In this document: positions 1 through 11,917 of the stretch, in pieces
Layout of the letters: each line of letters begins with the position of its first letter
Numbering within the stretch: the stretch's first letter is position 1
NCBI RefSeq assembly: GCF_018977255.1
Contig: NW_024704742.1
Coordinates: 84,322,001-84,386,000, forward strand
Length of the DNA stretch: 64,000 nt
Reading direction: 5' to 3'
DNA from: Callorhinchus milii
Lineage: Eukaryota
Translations under genes and position numbers: made by a program
Notes under the pieces: model-generated
What the model was told of the DNA's origin: nothing
Database searches by the model: none
What the model saw: the letters and a program-made list of their open reading frames with translations, nothing else

Positions 1-85
1 AAATATACAGTCAATTCACTTTACAGCATGTTCTGTGAAGCGCTTTGAGACGTCTAGAAGACGTGAAAATACAAGGATTATGATT
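1..85 (+). mobile_element. 3' tail of tRNA-derived SINE
   Basis: Same tail (GTGAAGCGCTTTGAGACGTCTAGAAGACGTGAAAA...CAAGGATTAT) as the full copy at 25709. Confidence 0.85.
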
Positions 86-777
86 AGTAGTAGTAGTAAA
101 GATCCCATTGCACTATTGCAAAGAGAAGGGAAGTATCCTTCCCAATAATATTCACTTCATGGCTCTTTGTATGAGAATACTGTGCCCAAATAAGCTACCC
201 CATACACCTACAAATACAATCATTACACTTTGCAGTATATCCTGTGAAACATTTTGAGATGTTCCAAAGCAGTGATAAAATGCTGTAGCAAATGCAAGGA
301 TTATTATCAAGATTAAGTATAACTTTGATTGAGTTTGATTACAGAAGTCGATCTGGCACAAGTTCATATTGAGAGGATCATGTGATCATTTGTGAGTTTT
401 GTCCAGGGACTGAGAAACAAAACCAAAACCAGGCTGACAGCTCTGTACTATGAGACGGCTTTGCATAGTCACCTCAGTCTGAGAAAAGAAACATTTCAAG
501 TCTCATCCCAGACATAGCCAAGAATGACTAAAATCTGCCATACGTAAGGGTTGTTGATGTCTGCTGAAATGTTCTTAAGCACCATAGAGCTCAATAGTAC
601 AACCCAATCAGCTATGGTGTAGAATTTCAATTGTTTATTCCACTTTTTTTCATAGTTGAGCGAGTTTAGACCCGCTCACCTCCATTAAACAAATTAGCCC
701 GAATACGTTCCATTAGGGATCGAGAGATGTCCTCACAGACAAGCCATAAACCGCCCCCGAACTCTTCTGTCATAATA

Positions 778-1135
778 AAGGCATGGACGAGAGTTTCACC
801 TGCTGTGCGTGTGAGGTACGGACATACATGTGGAAGTTAACCCCATGTCTACGGATGACATCGCCGAGAGGGAGCATGTAAATGATAAAACGAAGAGAGC
901 CAAGGATGGAGGCTTGGGGTACCCCACAGGTGAGCAGGCGGGGGCAGGTTTGTCGAGATATATTGTTGGCGGTTAGTCAAGTAGGACTCGAACCATGTGA
1001 GCGCAGTCCCATTAAGGTAGGTGAGGGAGGAGAGGAAGTGGAGGAGTATGGAGGGATCGACTGTGTCGAAAGCAGCGGAGAGGTCGAGGAGAACGAGGAG
1101 GCAGAGCGAGCCCTGATCACAGAGAGAGAGGACAT
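778..1135 (-). mobile_element. L2 LINE ORF2 fragments (RT region)
   Basis: Minus strand gives LLVLLDLSAAFDTVD, GVPQ..ILG and ETLVHAF segments. Confidence 0.85.
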
Positions 1136-1539
1136 CATTTTTTCATCACAAAACCTACCTCTTTGACTGCGCTTTCAGTCATCTTTTCCCTTCCCACCCC
1201 TCGACTCCCCCACCCCCACCCCAGAATCTTTTAATTACCTCGTCAAAGTGGCTATTCATTGTGTGTGAGTGACAGTGAGTGTCCGCAGACTATTTGACCA
1301 CTGGAAGCATTTTGAAAGCAATGCTCTTAAGACAAGGTAAAGAAAAAAAGACAGGCTGACAACAATGCACCGATTGCACATTTATCTAAGTCTTGGAGAT
1401 GTGAAGCAGCTCTGGTCTGATCAAAGATGTATGGACAACTGTCCAGTTAGCATTGCCCCACATGTTTCAATGAGGGCTGTACAAACAGAGCTCAGTCCCT
1501 GGCAAAATAGGATTCCAATCATTAGGTTTGTGACCACCA

Positions 1540-1772
1540 GCTTTAGCTGGTTAGACTCCAGAAGTTCCTCAACACACACTCTGGGGTCCCCAAGCCTTGG
1601 CTCTTGCCAACCTGTACCTAATATTTTCCGGAATAAGCAGGATGTGTCCCTCCAGGGAGAAAGTGCACATTCCATTCTCTGGCAAGTTATCTCTGGGTTT
1701 TCCATGAGTATGTGGGATGCGTGGAATTCTCAGTTCAGTTAAGCATAGTGATGAGAATTATACATGTGTCAG
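1540..1772 (+). repeat. Unclassified repeat family X, truncated copy
   Basis: Shares CTGGTTAGACTCCAG...CTCTGGGGTCCCCAAGCCTTGGCTCTTGCCAACCTG...GTGTCAGA with copies at 8.9, 13.8, 24.3, 28.1 and 52 kb. Orientation is my own convention. Confidence 0.85.
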
Positions 1773-2129
1773 AAATCTAGATGAAGCTCAAAAAAAAATC
1801 ACTTTCTGCAAATACTAACCTCTGAAGCATTTCAAAACTGTGCACTTTCTTTTTCTGTACTCAGTATCATCTCATATCCAGCAACAGCAATATCTTGTTC
1901 CCCTTAGATTTGTGGACATCAAATCAGATGACTGGATTGCTACACAGTGGAAAATCCACAAAATTCCTCATTTCCCAGAACAGCTCTCAGATTTCTCAAT
2001 TGCTCTTCAAATTGACCTGAAAACATTCCGTGCTATTTCTCTGCAAGTCAGCACGAGTCACTTTAATTGAATTTGATTTGATTTAATGCTCCTTCATCTG
2101 AGTCCAAAGTCCAACAGAAATTCCCCCTT

Positions 2130-3072
2130 CTTCATCCTGTCTCGTTCAGTGTTCCTCAGGGCTCTGTCCTCGGTCCCCTCCTCTTCACTTTCTACATGCT
2201 CCCCCTTGGTGACGTTATTCGCAGATATGGAGTAAATTTCCACATGTATGCGGATGACACCCAACTCTATCTCTCTGCCTCCACCCTCAACTCCAGGACT
2301 ACTGGCGTCCTGACCGACTGCCTGTCCGACATCAAGTCCTGGATGAGGGACAACTTTCTCCAACTGAATGTCAGCAAGACCGAGGCCTCCACACCTCGGG
2401 CACTGGCAGCATCAGCATCCACGGCTGCACGCTCAACCTCACTAAGCCAGTCAGGAACCTGTTTGACCCTGAACTGTCCTTTCTCCCCCACATTTGGGCT
2501 ACCACTCCCTCCACAACATTGCCAGACTCCACTGCTGTCTCACCCCCAGGCTGCCAAAAGCCTCACCCAGGCATTTGGCACATCAAGGGTAGATTATGGA
2601 AATTTCCTCCTCATCAGCCTTCCCAACTCTTCCTTTCGCAAGCTGCAGATCATCCAAAACTCTGCAGCTTGTGTACTCTCACGCACCAGGCTCCATGATC
2701 TCATCACTCCCACCCTCGCTCGACTCCACTGGCTCCCCATCAGAGGATTGAATTCAAGATCCTCGTCCTCACTTTCAAGGCCCTCCATGGCTTGCTCTGG
2801 TCTGCTCCATCTCTCCCGCCCGACCCGCTCTACCATCGGTGGCCGAGCTTTCAGCCTCTCTTGTCCCCACACTCTGGAACTCCATCCCACAGTGCCTTCA
2901 CCTCGCTTCCTCCCTGTGCCTCCTTCAAGGCCGGTCTCAAGACCCTCCTCTTCAATCGTGCCTTCAGTCGCCCTCCCACCTCTCTGCTTCCCTGACCCTA
3001 CACCACCATGCTCGGGCCCCGACATCTGACTGTGAAAGCACTCTATAAATATAATTTTGTTGTTGTTGTTGT
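2130..3072 (+). mobile_element. L2 LINE, 5'-truncated, RT C-terminus to (TTG)n tail
   Basis: [38 protein letters not shown] motifs with frameshifts. TTG microsatellite tail. Confidence 0.92.
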
Positions 3073-3309
3073 ATTGAATGCTCCTAAAGGAGACTGTAAA
3101 AGGTTGAGTTTGTAACAGGCAATGAACTGCTGGAGATCGAAATTCTACCTAATTTCAGCCTGTAAAACCATTTTGTCTTAATATTTAATCCCACGCTTAA
3201 AAATTAACTCTTAATTTAGTCATCCAACCCTTTTCAAAACTGTGTAAGCTCAGCTTCCAAATTAAGACTAAATTTGTCAATTTAGAAATACTATGTGGAG
3301 ACCGATAAC

Positions 3310-3640
3310 TTGCCAGGCACGCTCGCCTTGCAAGTGAGAGGACCGGGTTCAATTCCTGGGAGGAACAAAACCATGGGCAAGTTTCCTTACTCCACTCGCT
3401 TCAGTTTAACTAGCAGTAAGTAGGAACTTGGTTGTTAGTCGATTGGCGGATTGCTTTCTGGGGGTAATAAGCCCTCCAAAAAAAATGTGGTTGCTCAATC
3501 CATGACTGTTTCCGAGTCCCTGCTGTGCATAATTGGCTGCCACGTTTCATGCACATATACACAGTCCACTTTACAAGATATTCTGGAAGCGCTTTGAGAC
3601 ATTTCGACAGCTATACCAAATGCAAGGATTACTATTATTA
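3310..3640 (+). mobile_element. tRNA-derived SINE (long form)
   Basis: B-box GGTTCAATTCC, GGGCAAGTTTCCTTACTCCAC body, CAAGGATTA tail. Confidence 0.88.
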
Positions 3641-3894
3641 TATAAAATAACTTATATAAATAGCAAATTTTACTGGCTATGAATAGGAGAATTTGGGGCT
3701 TGTCCACATTCAGCCCCAGGGTGACACAAACATTCACAAAGATCACAAGAAACATTTGCGTGAAAATGGCCCTTTAGCCCATTTGATCTTATCACTGCAA
3801 ATACCATCCTCCCATCACAGCATCAAGCTTTAATCCTTTCTGGTTAAGTCTAGACCGCTATTCCAGCTGTTGTTTGCCATCTGTGTAAAGAAAG

Positions 3895-4665
3895 GCAACA
3901 ACTTGCATTTACTTAGCGACAACAACAACAGCAGCAGCAACAACAACAACAACAACAACTCGGATTTATATAGCACCCTCCATGCTGGATGGTGTCTCAG
4001 AGCGCTCAGACGGTGTCTCAGTCCAGCCAAGAGGTGACAAAGGCATGGACCAGGGTTTCAGCAGCTTTTGGGGTGAGATATTGGCGGAGACAGGCGATGC
4101 GTCAGAGGTGGAAGAAAGCTGTGCTGGTGAGGGACCGGATGTGGGGGAGGAAGGATAATTGGGGGTCGAACCTGACACCTAGGTTGCATACGGGTTCGGA
4201 GTGTTTTAGGGGAAGATCGGGTAGGTGGAGCAGGTGAGAACATATGATTTAAGACGTTGACGAGAGCCAAAGAGAATGGCTTCCATCTTGTTAACATTTA
4301 GCTGAAGGAAATTCGCGCTCATCCAGCTCCAGTCTGACAGGCAGACTGACAGAACATCAGGGACTGGGGTTCGCAAAGTGAGGTGGAAAAATAGAGTTGG
4401 GTACATGTTTACGGATGTCAACCCCAAGAGGGAGCATATAGATTAGGAAGAGGTGGGGGCCAAGGATGGATCCTTGGGGTACCCCACAGGTAACAGGGTG
4501 AGAGCGGGAGGAGAAGCCGTTTGTGGAGATGTACTGCTGGCATTTTGTGAGGTAGGACTCGAACCAGGCGAGTGCGGTCCCACTGAGGTGAATGACGGAG
4601 GAAAGGCGGTGGAGGAGGATGGCGTGAACGACTGTGTCGAAAGCAGCGGATAGGAAGTGTACGGT
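3895..4665 (-). mobile_element. L2 LINE fragment with internal deletions
   Basis: (CAA)n tail at the left. Minus strand gives [28 protein letters not shown]. Confidence 0.9.
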
Positions 4666-4669
4666 CATC

Positions 4670-5140
4670 CACTATGGACCAAAAAAAATAAAGCAGAATA
4701 TTTTCTTAATGGGAAGAAATTAAGAACTATGGACAAGCAAAGATATTTGGGTGTCCATATCCAGAAATCACTAAAAACTAGTACCCAAGTGCAAAAAGTA
4801 ATCCCTCAGAGAATGTTGGAATGTTGGCCTTTATCTCATGGAGCCTGGAATACAAAGGGGAAGAAATAATGCTTCAGCTGTATACAGCGTTAGTCAGACC
4901 CCATCTGGAGTACTGCATTCAGTTTCGGGCACCACACCTCAGGAAAGATATATTGGTCCTGGAGGGGTTGCAGCGCAGGTTCACCAGAATGTTAAAAAGG
5001 GTTAAGTTACGAGGAAAGGCTGCATTATATTCTCTTGAGTTTAGAAGGTTGAGGGGTGATTTGATTGAGGTATTTAAGATGATAAAGGGATTTGATAGGA
5101 CAGATACAGAGAAGCCATTTCCCCTGGTGGGAGAAACCAA
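4670..5140 (+). mobile_element. CR1 LINE ORF2 C-terminal fragment
   Basis: [42 protein letters not shown] are typical CR1 motifs. Confidence 0.92.
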
Positions 5141-5852
5141 CTCCCACCCAGTCACCTGTGGGGTACCCCAGGGCTCCATCCTTGGCCCTTTTCTTTTCCT
5201 TATCTATATGCTCCCTCTGGGTGATGTCATCCACAGACACAGGGTAAACTTCCACATGTATAAGCGGATGACACACAAATCTACGTTGACTCCTCCAGTA
5301 CCAACTCCAGGTCCGCTGATGTTCTTTCAGCTTGTCTGGCAGACATCAAGGCCTGGATGAGTGTAAACTTCCTGCAGCTGGAAGTGAACAAGATGGAAGC
5401 CATACTCCTTGGCTCCTGTCAATGTCTTCACTCCTGCGGATCTGAACTCCTCAACCTCCATGGGCTCTCCCTCAGACTCACCAAACCAGTGCACAACCTA
5501 GGCATCCGGTTTGACCCTCAACTGTCCTTGCTCCCCAACATCCTCCATACTCTCCAATTCACCATCCGGTGCCTCCACTCGACTGGCACCGGCCTCCTGC
5601 TCGTCCCTCGCACCCCCACAATCTGAGGTCGCGCTTTCAGCCTCTATGCCCCAAAACTCTGGAACACTCTCCCTCAATCCCTCCGCCTTGCCCCCTCTCT
5701 CCCCTCTTTCAAGTGCCGCCTGAAGACTTTCCTCTACGATCATGCTTGTGGCCACCTCCCCCCAGCTCAGAGAATCCACTACTGTTAAGTGCTCTGAGAC
5801 TCTACCTTGCGTGGAGGGCACTAATATAAGTTCAAATTGTTGTTACTGTTGT
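5141..5852 (+). mobile_element. L2 LINE fragment
   Basis: [10 protein letters not shown], frameshifted YADD region, L2 3' UTR and TTG tail. Confidence 0.9.
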
Positions 5853-6339
5853 TCCTATGTTCCACTGCAGCGTTTTCTTGTGGTCAGCCAGACATCTGAC
5901 ACACGGAGAAACCTATTGCGATTCTTAAAAGTATCAATGCTGAGCTGAGAGTTTCACATGCCACCCACGCATGAAAAGTGCAAAGCGCTGTACTTTACAC
6001 CCACCCACTCTCCCCTCCCTCTGCATTTTCCCCACCTGGCCACTCCGCCCCCACACCTCTTCCATGCTGCCCGCCCACCCCACCGCTCTTACCCCTGCCA
6101 AGAAAATAGGATTCATGACAATCAATAAGATTGGGTTCATGACAATAAATGGGGTTCATGACAATAAATAAGACATGGTATTTATCAGGCACCTGGTACT
6201 CTATAAGAGTTTCTCTGTGGAATTACAGAGTACCAGGTGCCTGATAAGAACACATGTCATCACTGGTCAAGTCCTTAGTGATCCAATTGGGTAAACAAAC
6301 CAAAAAAATACAAGAGCGAATGGAGGAAATAAATACTAT

Positions 6340-6486
6340 GACTAACAACCAGGTTCCTACTTACTGCTAGGTAAGCAGAGGTATGTGGAGTAAGGAAACT
6401 TATCTAAGGTTTCTCCCTGCCCGGGAATCTAACCCAGGTCCTCTCGCTTGCGAGGTGAATGCTCTAACCATTAAGCTACAGGACAC
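6340..6486 (-). mobile_element. tRNA-derived SINE, 5' half
   Basis: Reverse complement of the GTCCTGTAGCT...GGT head and the CTTACTCCAC/AGCAGTAAGTAGGAACC body. Confidence 0.85.
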
Positions 6487-6499
6487 CACGAAGAAGCTA

Positions 6500-6810
6500 A
6501 AGTTATCCCAATGACGTGATCTAAAGTCCTTGAGAAATGACCTCATCCTCGTAGGATTCTCTCGTCAGTTTATCCCAGCATTTGCTGATATTACACAACC
6601 ATTATATGTTCTGTTCAAACAGGAGCAACCCTAGAAAGGGACAGCAGACTGTCAGAATGCCTTTCTTTCACTAAAAATGGCCCTGATACAGGCCCTATGC
6701 ATTACCCTCTTGATCCAAACCACCCATTCCACTAAGTGAATGATAATCAACCATTGAGAGTATGAACCAAGGACTACCGAGCCTCTTGACTATGCTTTCC
6801 CCCACTCAAT
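6500..6810 (+). mobile_element. Decayed LTR-retroelement (Ty3/Gypsy-like) pol fragment, RT end into RNase H
   Basis: From 6548 reads LVGFSRQFIPAFADITQPLYVLFKQEQP*KGTADCQNAFLSLKMALIQA, then DPNHPFH and PLDYAS in shifted frames. These match the Gypsy-type ..RFIP.FA.I..PL..L / AF..LK.AL..AP / PD...PF / RPIAYAS motifs. Confidence 0.8.
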
Positions 6811-6924
6811 GGCAGTGGAGATCCTTTTCTCCGCACAGTCTGTACCGAGACTGTTTCACTCTATAAAACGTGGCTGGCTTCAATCACCCCAACACCAGCA
6901 ATCAGGTCAGCATTCCACAACTTG

Positions 6925-7135
6925 TTCACTTACACTCACTCTATCTCCCCCCTCTTTCCCCCATCCCCCCACTCTCTCCCCCCACTCTCAGACTCTCTTC
7001 CTTGTTCCCCCACTCTCTCCCATTGCCTCCCTCCCACCCCTTCACCCTTCTCTCTCCCCCATCTCTCTCCATTCCTCTTCCCACTCTCTCCCGTTTTCCC
7101 TCTCTCTCTCCCTCCTCCCCTCTCTCTGCACCCCA
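6925..7135 (+). repeat. CT-rich polypyrimidine low-complexity tract
   Basis: Nearly pure C/T for ~200 nt. Confidence 0.85.
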
Positions 7136-7440
7136 GCATCATTTCTGCACACAGCAAGATCCCATAAACAGCCATGAAGTGAATGGGCAACCTATCTGGA
7201 AGGTCACAGGTCAGGCCACCAAGGGAAACTCACTTCTCTTCCCTATAAGCACGGCCCCATGCTTTCAGCCCCTACACGCTGCAACTATGGAACTTTCTGC
7301 CTCAATCCCTTCACCTTGTCCCCTCCCTGTTGTGTCTATGATCACCTCCCCTCACTCCTCATCTCGGCGACACTGTTAAGGGCTCCGAGAGTAAATTGTG
7401 TTAACCACATTGTAATTGTTTAACCGCAAAATGAATATTT

Positions 7441-7455
7441 GCTGCCCTCTGGTGG
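7441..7455 (-). promoter_or_regulatory. CTCF motif (CCACCAGAGGGCAGC on - strand)
   Basis: Close match to the CTCF core CCASYAGRKGGCRS in apparently non-repeat sequence. Motif only, no binding data. Confidence 0.55.
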
Positions 7456-7555
7456 AGTGCATCTGTAACGGTATAGAGATGGTACAGTAATCGAATCTGT
7501 TAGACCACTCTTTCAGCAGAAGAACAGCAGCTACAGCAAAGCGTTTCACAGGATT

Positions 7556-8005
7556 TCAACAAGAACAACTTGCATTTATATAGTGCCCTTCATGTGGGGT
7601 AGTGTCCCAGAGCACTTGACAGTGGTGGCATCTGACAACGAGCCAGGGGGAGAGGGAGTGGGCGGTGACCGTAAGCATGATCCAAAAAAGGTCTTTAAGG
7701 CAGGATTTGAAGGTGGCGAGGGTGAGCGAGGGAACAAAGCAGAGGGATTGAGGGAATGAGTTCCAGGGATTTGGGGCATAGTGGCTGAAGGCACGGCCAC
7801 CGATGGTGGAGCAGAGCAGACGAGGGACAAACAGGATAGGTGGGAGGTGTGAAGGCATGAAGAGATTTGAAAACGAGTGAGAGGATCTTGAAATCGATAC
7901 ACTCAGTAATTGGGAGCCAGCAAAGCCTGGCAAGAACTGGTGTGATGGGGGTACAGGGTTTCTTGCGGGGTGATTATCCAGGTGGCAGAGTTTTGAATTA
8001 ATTTC
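7556..8005 (-). mobile_element. L2 LINE 3' fragment
   Basis: CAACAACTTGCATTTATATAG tail. [10 protein letters not shown] and FKSCLK on the minus strand. Confidence 0.85.
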
Positions 8006-8911
8006 ACTGTGAAGTGTAGTGATTGTGTATATTGTAGGCAAACGCAGCAGCAGCCCTCAGGGGGCAGCACTCTCGCCTCCAAGTTAGAAGGTTGTGGGTT
8101 TGAGCCCCACATTGAGTATTTAAGTGCACGCTCACCTAAGGCTCACGGAAACCTGGCTGTACCCCGGTGACCTTGTGCCCCTCATCGAAGCCTCCCCACC
8201 TGATTAAACTTTCCACCGCAGCCTAACCAAAGTGGTGGTGGAGTGGCCCTCATCTCCCAAACCTCTCTTGGTCTAACACTACCTGTTCCAGTTGAGCTGA
8301 ATGCCCTGATTGTGTGCTTTCAATTCTGTGAACCATGAGAAGCATTAGAATACGTTACCTTCTTAATAGTATGATAGAAAGATATTAACCTCACAAAATA
8401 ATCCAGGTGAAGAAATCACTGCTACCAATCGTTAATAGTGAAACAGAACCAGAGGTTTGCCTTTATGGTGACAGGATGTTAGCTGGTGACCAGATGTTAG
8501 TTAAGGATTGGAGGGGAATCTGGGTACAAGCCCAAAGTGATAAATTTGAGCCTATACGATGCGGCCGCAATTTTGTGTAAATGTTACATTTGACATGTCA
8601 GTGAGACTTGGACACAGGAAAGGAATTCCATCTTTACAGTTAGATGTTTTCTATAAAGCCATTGAAGACTGAGTAATCTAGCGCGGAGCAGTCTGAATTA
8701 GGCTAATGTGAATTGGGTTAGGGTTAGGGTTAATTGTCAATATTGCTTTAGTACCTTTTTTTTCTTTCAGCAGAATAAAAGTAAAGAGATTTGAGCAGAG
8801 AGAGATTGAAGTGGAGTGGGACTTGCAGCAGTGTGGTCAGAGTTGGATCTATTGAGTTAGGTCTGAGGAGACGTTACACCAATAAAAAAATTATTTGAGT
8901 AATGGAGGGAA

Positions 8912-9565
8912 AGCTGTCTGACACTTGCAGAAACCCATCACTATGCTTAAGAGTATCCAGACCACACAGAATTCCAAGCATGCACCTACACATGGAAATC
9001 CCAGAGATATTTGTCGGAATGGAATGCACAACTCTCCCTGGATGGATTCATTCTGCTTACCTAATTCTGGAAAGTATTATGTGCAAGTTGGCAAGAGCCA
9101 AGGCTTGGGGACTTTAGAGTGTGTGTTGCGAGACTGCTGGAGTCTGTGGACCTGCTTGGCTTAGGAACTGGACCACCGAGACCACGGCAGAGGGTGGGTT
9201 TGATTCTGACATTCCATTGCCAAACAAGTCATCCTGGAGCCAGTTCAGCTCCAAGGAGACCTTGCTTACCTCCTCCCCAAGGCAGGTCATTTGATATTCA
9301 ACAGCACTCACTAGGTGGATGGCATGTACCTGGACCTCCTTGTAAGCTTCCTGGTGGGCAACACAGCACAGTGTGAAGTTTCATATCCTGCACACAGAGA
9401 CCCAGGAATTAGGAGACAGATTGAGGTGCAAGACCTCAAAGGTTGTAATTATTCCCTGTGCCACATGCCAGTCAGTCTATTAATAGGCTTGATTCTGATA
9501 TTCCATTGCCAAACATGTCACCTTGGAGCCAGTTCAGCTCCAAGGAGACCTTGCTTACGCTCTTC
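8912..9565 (-). repeat. Unclassified repeat family X, with ~75-nt internal direct duplication (9196-9270 / 9486-9560)
   Basis: Aligns by eye to the other X copies. GATTCTGAYATTCCATTGCCAAACA...GGAGCCAGTTCAGCTCCAAGGAGACCTTGCTTAC occurs twice. Confidence 0.8.
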
Positions 9566-9569
9566 CTCC

Positions 9570-10849
9570 ATTCCCTCCTCAAGCCCTTGCAGTCTGGTTC
9601 GCCCTGCCCTCAGCACAGAGACAGAGCTTGTCAAAGTCACAAACAACATCCTCTCTATCAGTGACCTGGGCTCCCTCTACCTCCTCGTCCTCCTGGATCT
9701 CTCTGCCACGTTCGATACAGGCGACCACACCATCCTCCTCCATCAGCTCTCCTCGCTCATCAACCTTAGTGGGAATGCACTCACATGGTTCGAGTCCTAC
9801 TTAACCAACTGCCTTCATTTCATCTCAGCAAATGATTTCTCCTCCCGCCCAGTCACCTGTGGAGTACCCCAGTACTCCATCCTTGGCCCTCTTCTTTTCC
9901 TTATCTATATGCTCCCTCTGGGCAATTTCATCCACAGACACAGGGTAAACTTTCACATGTATATGCGGATGACACACAACTCTACTTTGCCTCCTCCAGT
10001 ACCAACTCCAGGTCTGCTTATGTTCTATCAGCATGTCTGGCAGACATCAAGGCCTGGATGAGTGTAAACTTCCTGCAGCTGAATATGGACAAGGTGGAAG
10101 CCATATTCCTTGGCTTTCATCAATGTCTTCACTCCTGAGGATCTGAACTTCTCAGCCTCTCTGGGGTCTCCCTCACACTCACTGAACCAGTGCGCAATCT
10201 AGGCGCCTTCTTCCATCTCCGCCACATTGCTTGCATCCGACCGTACCTTATCCCAAATGCAGCTGAAACCCTGGTGCATGCGTTTGTCACCTCCCGCCTG
10301 GATTACTAAAACGCACTCCTTGCTGATCTCTCCAGCTACACTAGTAAAAAGATCCAGTTCATTCAGAGCTCTGCTGCCCACATACTGACCCAGACCAAAC
10401 TCTGTACTCCCATCTCACCAGGTCTGGCCAGGCTCCACTGGCTCCCCATCACAGACTTCAAGATCCTCACACTCGTGTTCAAATCCCTTCACTCCCTGGT
10501 ACCTCCCAACCTCTCCAACCTCCTCACTCCCCAATCCACCACCCGGTGCCTCCGCTCAACTGGCACTGGCCTCCTGCTTGTTCCTCGCGCCCTCCCCTCC
10601 AGCATTGGAGGTTGAGCTTTCAGCCACTATGCCCAGAAACTCTGGAACACTCTCCCTCAATCCCTCTGCCTTGCCTCCTCTCTCCCCTTTTTCAAGTCCC
10701 GCCTGAAAACCTTCCTCTTCGACTGTGCTTACGGCCACCTTTCTCCCCCGATGCACCCCCAGCTTGGAATCAAGCTCCACCATTATATTGTGTTCTGAGA
10801 CCCTGCTCTGTGTGAGGGCGCTATATAAGTGTAAGTTGTTGTTGTTATT
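9570..10849 (+). mobile_element. L2 LINE, 5'-truncated, RT to tail
   Basis: STETELVKVTNNIL, LLVLLDLSATFDT, GVPQ.SILGP, LHWLPI, TTG tail. Confidence 0.93.
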
Positions 10850-11394
10850 GGGACGATATGGCCGGTTAATAATTGGCTGGAGATTTGGTGTAGGAGGGAA
10901 GGGTTTAGATTCTTCTAATAAGACATTGGGACCAGTTCTCAGGCAAGAATGACCTATACAGAATTATGGAATGGACAAGCTACGTGTGAACAAGCCTGGC
11001 ACCAATCTCCTCAATGGGAAAATAAAATGAGGGCTGCGGAGGAGCATTTAACCAGAAATGCATTCATGAATAGGATACATAATGATACAACACCACTAAA
11101 ATGGGCAGGAGTAAGAGCAAGGAGCAAAAAAAATATAATATTTATTATGAACTTAATCTGCGACCAAAAATTTCATCTAGGTAGTGTAAGACTGTAAAAA
11201 AAAACATTAATTTGGCTTTTCAAGCTATTTCAAGAACTGTGGAATACTGGCTTCCAAATTAAGACTGAATTTCAGAATTTTACACAATTCTGGACAATCT
11301 TAAATTTTAAGATTTTTAAGATAAAATTTTTATTAGAATTTGGAAACACTATTTTGAATGCACTGTAACAGTAGAACAAAACAGCACAGGTTCA

Positions 11395-11610
11395 GTAGCA
11401 AAGGGCAATTTCAGGACAATTACCAGGAAGTAGTTCTTTTCCCTGAGGGTAATCAAAGACTGGAACAGGTTGCCAGTAAAAGAAGTTAAGGCCAGGACAC
11501 TAAACTTATTTAAAAAGTGGTCTGAGACTGTGATGGGAGGTTTCAAGAAGAATGAAATCAAATGGGCTGAAGGGCCCTTTTTACACAAATCAATATTTTC
11601 ATCTTGTGAA
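11395..11610 (+). mobile_element. Old CR1 3' fragment
   Basis: KGNFRT...FFSLRVIKDWNRLP-like coding end followed by a GGGCTGAAGGGCC tail. Confidence 0.7.
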
Positions 11611-11917
11611 AACATACTAGTCTAATAGAAAACTAGTGGAATTTTATGCTTCATGTAACCTAAACTCTGTTAAAATGCAATGGAAAACCGTCAATCGATT
11701 TGTGATGTTTCCCATAATTACTTTCCCCTCCCTCATCCAGCAATCCATAAATTGCTTGCCAATTTTACTCAAACAGGAATATTGCCTTGTGAAAGACCAA
11801 ATGAAATAAAATGCTGAACTGTGTGTCCTGGTACCTGGGCTAATCTTGTTGTACTAACACTGCTTATCTTGTTTAGGCTGCTTTTCGTGTCAAAGACAAT
11901 CAGAGAGGTTTGTAGTT

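Noticed and set aside
650..778. CpG-containing segment with a short minus-strand reading frame (MTEEFGGGLWLVCEDISRS...)
   Set aside because: Fused to an L2 fragment, no recognisable homology or splice signals.
4821..5360. 179-aa ORF joining CR1 and L2 RT-like peptides
   Set aside because: Chance in-frame junction of two adjacent decayed LINE fragments.
6108..6170. Repeat-spacer pattern resembling a CRISPR array
   Set aside because: Three short units with 6-10 nt similar spacers, no cas genes, vertebrate context.
8715..8732. GGGTTAGGGTTAGGGTTA telomeric-type repeat
   Set aside because: Only about three units, too short to call an interstitial telomere.
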